DNA from: Pelomyxa schiedti
Taxonomy: Eukaryota; Protista; Evosea
Length of the DNA: 64,000 bases
Direction: 5' to 3'
NCBI GenBank assembly: GCA_020536535.1
Contig: JAHLWZ010000804.1
Coordinates: 1 to 64,000 of the forward strand
The notes below the pieces were generated by a model. It saw nothing but the letters and a program-made list of their open reading frames with translations, ran no database searches and was not told the origin of the DNA. How positions within the stretch are numbered: position 1 is the first letter of the stretch; each line of letters begins with the position of its first letter. The translations under genes were made by a program, and so were the position numbers. Of the stretch, positions 35,794 to 47,177 are shown in pieces.

Positions 35794-37990
35794 ATGGAGG
35801 AGCTCACACAAATTCTGGCCAGGGAGAAGCTAGAAAAAGACAAAATGGAGCATGCATTTGATGACTTGAAGAAAGACCATGAGAAGATAAAGATTGAGCT
35901 GGCCCGTTTGAAGGCACAACATAATGATCAGTCACTAAGTAAGTCTTCCTTCAGGTGGAAAAATTCCACTTTCTGTTTTGCTTATTTTTTCAAGATCTTC
36001 CCCTGTTCACTAATGCGTCGTTGTTTGTGCTGTCTTCTCCTCATTTGGAACGAAGTATGGAAAGCGCTATCTTTTCGGCTCTTCCAACTCCTTGTGGGCC
36101 CCATCAGATCGACTTGTACAAATTAGTCAGCACACAGAAGGAATACACTGGAAAAATATCAGTGACTCAGCCAGAGTACATATATAGGGAAGTTCTTACC
36201 ACCAACCTGTACCGTGCACTGGGGGTCAAAGCAGCAAAAGCCACGTTGTCACGTTTTAATATTGCCAGCCCTATTTCACGGGACGTCTCAGAACCTAGGT
36301 TTGCCAGTATGACCAAGAAAGTGACACCATTTTATGCGCTTGGCACAGAGTTTGTGCAGAAATTAATGCTACAAAACACAAGGACCACGCCTGTCACCAT
36401 CACTGCACCATACAGGGGTTACTTGCAACTGCCACAGCTTACTGTGGAGGGTCTATGGAAGCTAGCTGCTGTGGCAAAATGGTTCGGTGATACAAACTTT
36501 CTTGGCTGTTCCGGAGACTCTGCAGGATTCAAAGTAATCATGAGAAATCAAAGAACCGGTGATATAGAATCAGTGGCGAGCATCAAGAAAATATTCTCTA
36601 ATTCGAGTGGCGGGGAAATCACGCCCCAAAGCCACCCAACTAAAGGATTTCAGATGAAGGACATCACCTTTGGCTCCGACAACCAGTACATACCCTTCCG
36701 GAGTCTCTGTTCCCTGGAGAGAGATGAATTCCTCAGTACAGTTCGTGAAATTATTCAGATGTCTGAAGGTGATATCACTTCACTGGTACTGACCAAGGCA
36801 TGTCTAATACCTGTGACAACAGCCAATACTCCTGGTGAGATCATCGCCGTGAAAGAAGTTGTGGATCGATCCGTAATAGCATCTCTCATTTCCAGGCAGC
36901 AGGAACTAAGAGAGATATACCATGACGAACTGTTCAAGGATCAAATACTAGTCACAAGATCTATTATTCCAAATCTAGCATCCCCAAATCCACCTCCCCA
37001 AAAGACAAGCGCTAATACAAGAGTGAGGCCCCTCCCTCCCATCCCTCTCCCACCTGTGTCTCTTTTCACACTGAAGCCTGAGACTTCACATGAAACGTCA
37101 GTTACCGACAGTAAGCGCACGCAGCCCGAAACCCCTGCCATAAACAATACATCACCATCCAGCACAAGCAAGAGAAACGATGACGAAAAAAGCTCTCGGC
37201 AATCAGTGGTTCTCAGCTTTTCAATGTCACCTGCCCCCAAATTTTCTCAAATAGAACTCGGACATTCACCAATTTGGCCGCAACCGGCTTCTCAATTTTC
37301 ATTATCTGGATATCGACCCCAGATTGCAGCTCCTTGTCAAGATAACTCTCTTGGAGTGATGCTTCAACCTTATGTGTCTTTGGCAAGTGCCAAGAAACTA
37401 GACGTAGATTCTCTTCCACCTGCCCCATTCCCACTACCAGTTGAAATGTGGCGCCATCAGTCGTATGACGACATCGCCCTCCTGTGGGAAAACCTCCGTA
37501 ATGTAAGTGTCACTTCAAAATTGTCACTAATTATCTTGTACAGGACATGATAAACGTTGCACTGGATGTTCTCCCATCCATGGGACTTTGCAGTCCTACT
37601 GAGAAAGCTCAATTCGTGAAGCGCATTTGGGACTTTTTCCACAACAAAACCGTGACTCTGTTAGAGCAACAGCAAAAGGGGCAATCTCCAGAAGGGGATA
37701 TCGTCCAAGCATCAGTTGTCTCTTTCACGAGCCAATTGCGTGGACTCAACACCCAGGACACCAGCGTAATGGGTGACTTGTGTGAACTCATTTTGAACCT
37801 CTGCTTTTGCACTGTGGGGCGGGATGGCTTCTGGCTCACATACCCACAAGTTGGTGACACATACAACTCACAAGAAATGGAGCCATTTCTTTTTGACCAA
37901 GGAACTGCTGGTACAGTCGCACTCTGTGTGATCCCTGAGGTTCATTGTGCCCCAAGAGGCAGTGTGCCTGCCCTTGTTCTCCTCGAGTAA
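35794..37990 (+). CDS. Cluster partner protein 2: coiled coil + degenerate PI4K/HipA-like kinase-fold region + Pro/Ser-rich linker + shared C-terminal domain; two introns
   Basis: Coiled-coil N-terminal exon; YREVLTTNLYRALGVKAA and WFGDTNFLGCSGDSAGF; spliced LRN|DMINVALDVL..KAQFVKRIW..YNSQEMEPF..VALCVIPEV. Confidence 0.7.
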
Positions 37991-38057
37991 AAAACAATTG
38001 TGCTGGTGTTTTTTTTCAAGGAACGGTACTGGTGTTCAAGTGGAAATATTGACCAAC

Positions 38058-39195
38058 ATGGGTCACAGGTGCAGCACAGCATTCGCCGTAGAACCAGAAA
38101 ACAGCAGAGTTCAACCGGCACAAAAACACGGCGATCCTTCCACTTTGCAGGTTGCATCAGCCGCACCCCAGTCTGCACAAACCGACTGTCCCCGCGCCCC
38201 CACTGATCGTCACCGCCACTACCACTACCACGATCGCGACCACGACCACGGCCACCACCGCCATCGGCACGGGCACGGGCACGAACACGGGTCCAAGGAG
38301 CGAGTTGGAGCAGAGGACCGACACGGCAACAGCCGCAAGCATCAAGGCCATAACCAACATCGCCGTGGCCATCGGAAAGAACCAACATGTCTGTCTTCTC
38401 GCTGCTCCTATTCTAGTCGTAGCGTTCGTGTCCCTGTCCACAAGCACATCAAAAAACCCTTGCCGCGGCAGCATCGGCGGAGAACGCGAGGCCTCTGGTA
38501 TCACGTCACTCCGGTGGCGCCGCACGAGGTGGACCTCAGACACAGTGCGCTGATAAATGTGTGCGCCTTTGTGCCGCCCACAATCCCCGTACTGCTCACA
38601 ATTTACCCCAAAAACCATGCAGATATTTGTTAACTTCGTGGTGGATGACCTCGACGACATGGAGAAGGACTGCAGGAAGCAAGCACACTTTTGCCGGAAA
38701 ATGTGGAATCTGTGTACCTCTGTTGGACTCGACACTGCCAGACATTCCACCAGTAATCAACCGTACACATCATCCACAGCTACAAGCACAAGCACAAGCG
38801 ACAAACACAAGGAACAAGAGGAGCCGCTTGGACAAGAGCAGCTCGAGACACTCAGTCACCGTGTTCTGTCAGATTTGCATCTGCCAATCACGAAGCAGAG
38901 GACCCAGCTCTGTGCTGCTATGATCTCCCTTTGTGTTCAGGTATATATCTCAACAGATATGTTCTCGTTCTGGGAGCCATCTGAAGGCACTGTGCTACCG
39001 GCAGTGGCTCCTTTTGATGTAGAGGTGTTTCCTTCTGTATGTCTAAACATATGTTCTTTGCTGTGCACTAACATTTCAAAGCAAAGCTGGGATGAAACTC
39101 GAAGGTTGGGTGTCGATTTTCATGTAATTCCTGGGCTGTGCTTCCAGGGCAACAACAGAAAAACTAAACCCATTGTATTTGTCAAGTATTTGTAA
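38058..39195 (+). CDS. Cluster partner protein 3: MGHRC start, His-rich insert, shared C-terminal domain; two introns
   Basis: DRHRHYHYHDRDHDHGHHRHRHGHGHEHG; spliced HEVDLRHSALIN|IFVNFVVDDL..QAHFCRKMW..LCAAMISLCVQV..VEVFPS|QSWDETRRLGVDFHVIPGL..IVFVKYL. Confidence 0.75.
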
Positions 39196-39234
39196 TCTGT
39201 AAATAGAAAAAAAACTTTTTGTTATGTGTAACGG

Positions 39235-42200
39235 TTAAACTTGGTCCAAGAAAACCACTGCCTTTTGGTTTGCAAAACCAGGCAGTACACACATCAGCAC
39301 TGTGCCAGACTCGCTAGCCGGCTGTGACAAGAATCACCTTCAGAAAGAGAAAAGAGGGAGAACATACAGCGTATTGAGGGAAAATTTGCATTATCGAACC
39401 ATCAAATTCAGAACCCGGCACGACAGATTGAGGGCTGTAAACTGTTCCAGTACTACTATTTTGTGGGAAACAGTTCACACATAGTTTTAGAGCTTCCTTG
39501 CATATGGGTTGAAAGCAACTGTGAAGTTTTGTAGCCTTGTCAAGAAGCTTCTTGGCAGTGTGGTTCAGCATGGCGTCATCGATGCAGTATCCATAGTTTG
39601 TGCTCAGGCTCTTACTCATATCAAAGCAGTGCGCCCACATTTCCTTGCAGAGCTCGGCCTGTTTCATTGGTTCCGGGTGGTATTTAGAAAGGGTGTCCAG
39701 CACAAAGTTGGTAAAGACAGTTTCGAAGAAACACTTGGCGCTTGTCACAAGTTCATGAGGATGAGGAGGAGCTCGAGTCGGAACAATTGGGATGGAGGGA
39801 GTGGGGCACAGTGTTAATGCCGGAGATGCGGGGATTAGCTTTGTCAATCTCTCCACCTCAGCTTTCAGTTGCGAGACTTCTTTTTCCTTTTCACGCAATT
39901 CGTTCCCCTGTGTTTCCAGTGATTTCTCCAGTTCCTCCACACGAGTTTTCAAGGCAGTACTATCTGTTTGCGTGCTGAGCTCAATGGCGGGCGTAGGAGC
40001 GATAATGGGAGGCTGAGTAAGAACTCTGACAAGGCGTTCAGTTACAACTGTGGTGTTTTCTTGAACGTATAAGGAGAAACGCTTATTAAAGGCTGATGTT
40101 CTCTTCTCAACTTCAGTTTGCAGTTCTATTATCAGATTGTTTAGAGACTCCTCATTAAACATAGATGTTCCAGTCTCAACGTGATTTTGTTCCAAGAGTA
40201 GAAATTTTTTTTGAATGTCTTGCTTGAACTCAAGTGCTTTACTTAGCAACTTCTTGCTTTCTATCTCCAGTGCTGTTCTCTGCTCAAGAATCTCAGGTAG
40301 AGCATTCCCAAATTCGGCAGGAGTTTGCAGTAAATAGATGGAATTTGTTAGCCATATTATGGCTTCCAAACAGAGCACATTCAAGTCTCTCACAAGTTCT
40401 TCTTTGTCTTCTTCTTCCTTCAGCAGAGTTTCAAGTGCAATTCTTCGGTTTTTTCCATCTCTGTTTAGCATTTTATATGCTTGTAACACATCGTTGAAAG
40501 AACTTTTCACTGCCTAATAATGGCGTGGGAACGAACAGGGAAAAAAAAAAAGCGTGAACCTCAGATCCACGAAAGTTATCATGAATCAGAGCTTGAAACT
40601 TTGTAGTTACCCCATTTAGTGAGAAAGTCTTTATCTCCTCTGCAATTCGCCATTCTTGGTTGATCTACACGAAAAAAGACTTAAAAACTGAGAGTGATGT
40701 GTGACTGAGACCTGCTCATGAACGGCACACAAGGAAAGATTTTGAGAAATGGGCCTTTGTGATCTTGCAGCACACCAGGATCGTATCCTCTCAGCTTCAG
40801 CAACAAACTCTTTATGGACGGCATCAAGACGTTGTTGTCTACAGGGAGAATGAAAAACGGATATAGAATCATAGCACTAACTTTTGACTTTCCTGTCTAA
40901 GTTCCAGCAACCGTGAGTTCACGAATGAGCCCATTTCAGACCACATGGTCTCAATCTCAGATTTTGTTATCGACAGTGGCATGACAGGTGGAAGAGGGTC
41001 AAGGCCGGTAGTCAATAAGTCGAAAAGAGCTATAATTTGCGTTTTTTCGGCAAGTTTTTTTTGCTGTGTTAGACTGAAAGTCCGGAAGGGTTCATCCAAA
41101 CAATGAGCACCTTGAAGTGGGTCGAAATGTAATAGCTGGAATCGTTTCACTTCTTCTTTTATCCAGTTCTTCAACTATTCCATTGTAAACAAAGTAAAAA
41201 CAAGAGAGCAGTCACCTACCGCTGAAGACGAACTGGAATAGAACTCCGCAAGTGAGAACTGCATAGACTTCCACCACTCGGTAAATTCTTGAAAGAGGGT
41301 ATTGTATTCCTCTAACTGTCTAGTTGTTTTTGAACTGCTTATCTCAGTATCTTGGCTTTGGATCTCCTGGGCGAGGCTCTCCAGGTCTCTGATTTGACCG
41401 TATAGAACCCGTGATTGCTCTATACAATCCCGAGCACATCCAGTACTACTTTCAGAGAGCTCACGAGTAATAAACTTGTAAGATGAATTTCGGGTGAGCC
41501 CTCTCAGTGCTTCCTTTCTGAGTGCTACTGCTTCAGTATACTTCGTGCACCTTACAACGAAGCCCGAGATCATCGAGCACTTCTTCTGACTCTCTGTTAT
41601 TGTGTATGTTAATTTGTTGAACCACTCGGTGACCTCTTGTTTCTCTTCGCATAAGGCAGCTAGGGCGTTTGGGGGGTTCACTACTATTTTCGGCAAAATG
41701 TTATCCAGCTCTGCAATTGTTTTGGCGGCATCTGCTTTAGCTTCCTCAATACTCTTCAGTTTGCGGGTTGCCTCATCTAAACTGACGCTAAATATAGGCT
41801 GATTAATAGTTGATATCGTGTCTCTGACCCTCTGGCAGAATGTAGTAGATTTTGCATGATAGGCATGTAAGGCTTCATTAGAGCTTTCCCTTACCAGAGC
41901 TCGTGCAAGCTCTTGGGCTTTCTCAGTTTTCAACTTGTGAAGAGCTTGCCATTGACTTTTTAGGCCCAATAGTATGCTTTGAACTTCCTGGCCACAATTA
42001 AGTCATCGTAATGCATATTAAAAGAAAACTGTCCACCTGTTTTTTGCTGAAATCACTTGCAACCAAGCGTAGATATGCACTTTCTGCTGCAAGTACTTTT
42101 TTTTCACATTCAGGCCATTCCATTTCAATTCGACTCATTGATTGCTCCTGAGTAATAATTAGACCCTTAAACCAGGAGCAGTTACCTGTTCCTGTGCTTC

Positions 42201-44552
42201 TTTCAATGAACTTATTTCTCTAAAAGAGGAAAGTGCTTTCTGAGTATGTACAATGCTCTTTTCAAGCTCAGTTACTGATGTGGAAAAAATTATATACTCT
42301 ATGTCGATTTGTCTGGGAATGTCTTAGGTTCCAACTTATGTTACCGAACTTAGAAACCTTTTCAGTTGAGAATTAGCTGCATCACTGTAGGAATTTTCCA
42401 GATTTTCCATGTACTGCCAGCTCTTCAGAATCTCAGGGATAGGTGACGGCGAGCAATTAAACTGCCCGAGCATTTCAAAAATTTTCTCAAGTTTCTCTTT
42501 ATCTCCTTTCTGTTGATTCTTTTCGTTATAGTACTGCTTCATGTAACTAGCAGCAATAACACAAGAGAGTATACTGTCAAATTTTGGAACCTCTGCAAAT
42601 TTCGCTATCTGCTGCATCATCCATTGCATAATCTAAGGGAGATAAGTTCCATTTTTGAAGGCACCCACCAACATTGTTGGCCCTTATGTGCCACTCCTCA
42701 TTAAGTGATCTGAGATTTTGAAAAATTGCAGTGTGCTTTGTTGTAATATTCTCTTCCAACGTGGCCACTGTGATTCGGAGGTTTTCATTTTCAGTCCTTC
42801 CTGTGGCCAGTCGTAGTTTTGTGGATTTAACTGCAAGCTCCCGTAGTGCTGTGAGCCTTTGTAATTTTGGGTTCCAAATGCACTTTAATTCGTGTAGCCA
42901 TAGAAGAGGCTCTGCCATCTCTCTAATAGGCTCAGAGAATTTCCCACTCAATGAAAGATAGGTTCGAACCCCAGCCGATTCTTTTTCAAATTGCAGCTCT
43001 GTGCGGTAAATATCCAGCAAATCTCCCAAGGTTTTTCCCACTTCCGCAAACTGGGATCGCACATTCTCACATGGGGCATGGAAGTTATTCAACTTGGCAC
43101 GCGCCTCTTGAATTTCACTGCCTCTAGTTATGTAGTCGGACTCCTGTGTGCATTCGGGAAAGGGAGCTTCCCACTCTAAGGTTTTTTTCTTTGCCCAAAT
43201 ATAGAGGAGAGTGGTTTCAATGACTAGCTGTAGTTTTTTTTTGCCTTTCTTAATGTCTGCATAAGTTTGCTTCAGCTTCTCACAGATAATCTGGGTAAGT
43301 AAGATGAAACTTTAATATTAGGAAATATCGACCTTGCTACTAGAAGTAGCGTACTTGGAAGCTAATCCACTCATCTGTTGGGAAATAGTACCATTGTATT
43401 CATCTTTGTATTTTCGAGAGAGATCATACTTGAGAAAGTTAATTCGGAGCCTTCTCTTTTAAATACCTGGTCTTGTGCTTCAGTCAAACAGGTAAAAGTG
43501 AGAGAAAGTGAGAGGGTCTTCCTACACCAGTCCCGTATCAGGCTCAACTCGAGGCTTTGTGAAAAATCGGACTCACTAAATTAGATATGAAAATTTCAGT
43601 GTTCAAGAATTTGGGCCACCTCTGTATTTCATTGTAGAACTGTTCGTAGTCATGTTTGACTTGTTTTTCCAGTTCCAGCCAATACTGCTCGATATCGGGG
43701 ATGTCCAGCATGGAAGATGACTGGTCACTTCTACAGTCCAACTGCTCGAGACATTTTTTAAGGTACAGCGAGTCAGATTTCTTTGTGTCTTCATCACAAA
43801 CAAACTGCATATATTTTGCTTCCAGAGATTGTGTGCTGGGAGCAACATCCTGACTCCTTTGAAAGAGGGTCTTATTTGCCATTGTCCACGTCACCACCTT
43901 TAATACAGAAATACAAGATGTGATGAAATATATGAGGAGCAATCAACAAGGGCGGAAAATTCGTGCCTTGCGTAAAAGTGTTGTTATTATCTCCTTCAGA
44001 TGTTCAATGACAAACTTGTTCAAGATCGAGAGCGAAACAGCTGCAAGAGTATCAGATGGACAATCACCAAAACTTTGCTGTATTTCATGCAATTTCCCGT
44101 CAAGAGTGCACAACCCCTGAACCATTTGATGTGCCTCTGGAAGGCCACACATATGAAATACTTCTTTTATGTCTTCCACATAGGGGGCTTCTGTGAAGCT
44201 CAGAATTTTGTCTTTTGCTTGGGTGAATGTAGCTGTATATTTGACAACTTCCTCGTCGCAATATTTGGATATCCTCTGTGTTGCACTTTGCCACACTAAT
44301 TTCCAGGAATCAAGGGACTGGGATTCCTTCTCCTTCTTGTTTTTTTTTTCGTTTGTTTGTTGGTTTGTTTACAGAAACAAGAATGATGCTCTGTTTACCA
44401 CAACGGCAATGTGATCGCGCAAACGACAAATCTTTGTTAAGTCAACCAAAGGATCAGGCTAGAGAACCACCTACCATCTCTTCTGCATCGCACAAAGAAT
44501 TGATAGGTCCACCAAACGCGGGGGTGTCGTTTCGCTCCCCTACGGTTGCCAT
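39235..44552 (-). CDS. Cluster partner protein 4: long spectrin-repeat-like helical rod + coiled coil + shared C-terminal domain; many introns
   Basis: Helical repeats with periodic Trp (LTQAQDQVFKRE, EVTEWFNKL, FQEFTEWWKSM, EAERIRSWCA). A plausible splice GSE|AVKSSFND joins the ORF at 39314-40510, which lacks its own ATG. The end reads VFTNFVLDTL..QAELCKEMW..EFDGSIMQIFPQYA|PASESGTVLMCVLPGFANQKAVVFL. Confidence 0.65.
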
Positions 44553-44636
44553 TTCACAGGGTCAAGTTGGTTTTTCTTTTCACTTAAGTTGTTGTCCCTT
44601 TTCGCTTAACTCAGAACGAGAACAAAGGTTTTACTA

Positions 44637-47024
44637 CTACACAGAGTTAAAAAACTGGGAACACAGTGAGGAAGAGATGTGAGTGAAGGCATGCAACAGC
44701 TCAGTGCCGTTTCGGCCAAAGGAAATGTATCCACCAACAGCAGCAGCAAGGGATTCCAGCTGAGCGGTGTCCACATCAGTTCCAAAGCCAACCACAAACG
44801 TCTTCAGGCCGCAGTCTTTGTAGTGTGAGTGAATGAGCTTCATTTCAGCCAGGCCGTTCTTGCAAAGCCCATCAGACATTAAAATCAGAATTGGTGTCCT
44901 GCCGCCAAAGTTATTGGTCCCCCTGGCTTGCATCAGAGCGGTGTCACATAGTTTCAAACCCGCCGCGAAACTTGTTCCCCCACCAGAACGGGAGTGGAGT
45001 GGGTGCCTTTGCAAACTGGAAAGAGGGCCGTTTGGCCTTCTTATTCTAGCCGTGCTGCTATAGGTAACTATACAGGCAGTATCACCGCAATTTCCATCAG
45101 GAAATTTTTCGAGCCGGCGTGTTACAAATGCGTTTACTGCCTCCTTGAGTTCCTCCCATTTGGTTCCTTTCATAGAACCAGATTCATCCAGACAGAATGC
45201 AATGTGGTAAAGCGGCTGTGAAAGTGGATTACTATAAATACTTTCACTCCAGGAGGCGGAAGAGCCAGTAGCTTCGGCTTCAACATGAATTAGAGTAGCT
45301 CCAAATTTTAAGGTAACATTGATTGCCCTTTCCTCGACTCTGGCACCAACATTAGGAATATTTCTCACCTCCAATCCTCCTTTCACCAGAAAAACGTCAG
45401 GATCATTTGGGTAAAGTATGTCTTTCTTCTTAGACTTGAAGACAGAAAACAACACAGTCTCTTGAGTTGGAGTGAGGGGATAAAAGGTTGCACTGGTTGG
45501 TTCTTCAATTTCTAGATTATCCCTGTATCGAACAAAAGTTTTCAACACATGGCATCGTTTCTGTCCTTGCTCAGTCAAAAAGGTTAGCTGTCCTGGATGC
45601 TTGGATGCAAGTTCCGATGTGAGAACCGCATAAGTGTAAGGAACGCACCTCTGCGTGATAGACATTGGCTGTATGCCAAATTCCACGGCACCTTCTAAAA
45701 CTGCAGAAATTGGGTTGTTTGGCCACTTGACTACATGATCAGGGAGGGCTTTCTGGATAAAATTGCGATAAATTGAGCTTGCGGCAAATCCTCCAACCAT
45801 GAATACTTTGGGGAGAACTTTGGTTTCAAGAGGAATCTCGTTAATAAGGTGCTGAACATGGTTGCTTGTTATTTGTGCTTGCTTGGTAATGAGATCGTTG
45901 AAAACAGAAGGGGGTAGTCGTAGTTTCATATTCTGTAGATTTTTAACCTGTTGCTCAGGATGTGACAAATTCCACTTGTCTATAAGAGCCGAAAATGTTG
46001 GTTTATTAAGTTTGACTAACGCGTTCTTTATACAGAGAACACCCAAGTTTTGGATGTATCCTACTTCAGCAGATATTTTTTTGGTCTCAATATCATCTTC
46101 CAATACAAGCCAATCCGCATCTTGTTTTGCTTGTTCAATTACATCCCCCCGTTCATCAAAAATACTGCCTATGAAAGAGATGACGTCACTATTGACCTTG
46201 GTGGAACCCCACATTCCGCCTGAAGGAGGGTAAAGCTCGCGAAGTTCAGTAGGAGACAGGTACTGATGTACTGTAATATCAACGGTTCCTCCACCCGCAT
46301 CCACCATCAAGTATACCGTACCTGGGGTTAACTCTGATTGTAGGTCCTTTCTTATAGCAAGAGATGCAGCTTCTGGCTCCAGGGCAATCATTACATCTGA
46401 AAGATGAGCCTGCAAACATGTATCTCGCATCATAAGTCTGGCAGCTTGATCCCAGATGGCAGGGACAGTTACTACCCACTGAACACTCGTCTCGGAAAGA
46501 TTGGGGAAGAAACGAGACATTTGTGTCATGGCCTGGTCTCTGACGAATTCAACCACCTTCTGAATCACACGCTCCAAACTCATAGTCCGGTGTGGGAACT
46601 CTGCATCAGATAGCTGTTTATTGCGGTCTCCTTCTCCTTCAAGTTGCATTTTGAACTGGCGGAAATGATAGATACCTCGGCGCTCTTCGTCATCCATATT
46701 TTTCACCATATTGCGCGCCTCAATTCCAAAGGCAATAACCACGGGTCCTGTAGGAGTTTCCTTGATAATAACCTCAGTGAGGGTTTTGGGGCTCGATGTA
46801 TACTGCCATATCGACAGCACGGCCGACGGTAGTACAACACCGGCTATGTCCCGAAAAGCAAAACCGGTACCCGAAGTGCCAAAGTCAATGGCGCAGCACA
46901 CTAGTTTGGTTTCTACACGCATAGAACCGTGCATGCTAGCTGAGCTTTTGATCTTGACGGATGGTGTTGAAACGGGAGCAGAGACGGTCGGAACCGATTT
47001 AGTTGGAAAGCTGCGGTGATACAT
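44637..47024 (-). CDS. HSPA12-like atypical Hsp70 fused to a C-terminal vWA domain (copy 2), intronless
   Basis: AIDFGTSGTGFAF; VTVPAIWDQ; IALEPEAAS; VDAGGGTVDIT; VFMVGGFAAS. vWA part: IAFCLDESGSM..GTSFAAGL..ILILMSDG. Paralogous along its full length to 29845-32193. Confidence 0.92.
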   Translation of the reverse strand: MYHRSFPTKSVPTVSAPVSTPSVKIKSSASMHGSMRVETKLVCCAIDFGTSGTGFAFRDIAGVVLPSAVLSIWQYTSSPKTLTEVIIKETPTGPVVIAFGIEARNMVKNMDDEERRGIYHFRQFKMQLEGEGDRNKQLSDAEFPHRTMSLERVIQKVVEFVRDQAMTQMSRFFPNLSETSVQWVVTVPAIWDQAARLMMRDTCLQAHLSDVMIALEPEAASLAIRKDLQSELTPGTVYLMVDAGGGTVDITVHQYLSPTELRELYPPSGGMWGSTKVNSDVISFIGSIFDERGDVIEQAKQDADWLVLEDDIETKKISAEVGYIQNLGVLCIKNALVKLNKPTFSALIDKWNLSHPEQQVKNLQNMKLRLPPSVFNDLITKQAQITSNHVQHLINEIPLETKVLPKVFMVGGFAASSIYRNFIQKALPDHVVKWPNNPISAVLEGAVEFGIQPMSITQRCVPYTYAVLTSELASKHPGQLTFLTEQGQKRCHVLKTFVRYRDNLEIEEPTSATFYPLTPTQETVLFSVFKSKKKDILYPNDPDVFLVKGGLEVRNIPNVGARVEERAINVTLKFGATLIHVEAEATGSSASWSESIYSNPLSQPLYHIAFCLDESGSMKGTKWEELKEAVNAFVTRRLEKFPDGNCGDTACIVTYSSTARIRRPNGPLSSLQRHPLHSRSGGGTSFAAGLKLCDTALMQARGTNNFGGRTPILILMSDGLCKNGLAEMKLIHSHYKDCGLKTFVVGFGTDVDTAQLESLAAAVGGYISFGRNGTELLHAFTHISSSLCSQFFNSV

Positions 47025-47177
47025 GGTCGGCTAATACTTTTTTCGGGCTGGTGCTTGCCACTATGGTTGGTTTTTTACAGGTTTTGAACACCGGTTTTTT
47101 TTTTCTTTCGGTGTGTAGCTTGGTGGCGGGAACAAAGTTGGTTTGTTCTGCACACAGTAAACTAAATTTGGACAGTG

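Noticed and set aside
38152-38553. Thr-rich ORF (TATTTTTIATTTT..) as the coding frame of partner 3
   Set aside because: The His-rich frame, not this one, is in frame with the conserved motif and the conserved AAT|GT intron shared with partner 1.
39314-40510. Stand-alone 398-aa gene
   Set aside because: It has no ATG at the ORF start and is preceded by a good acceptor site, so it is better explained as the last large exon of the spectrin-like gene.
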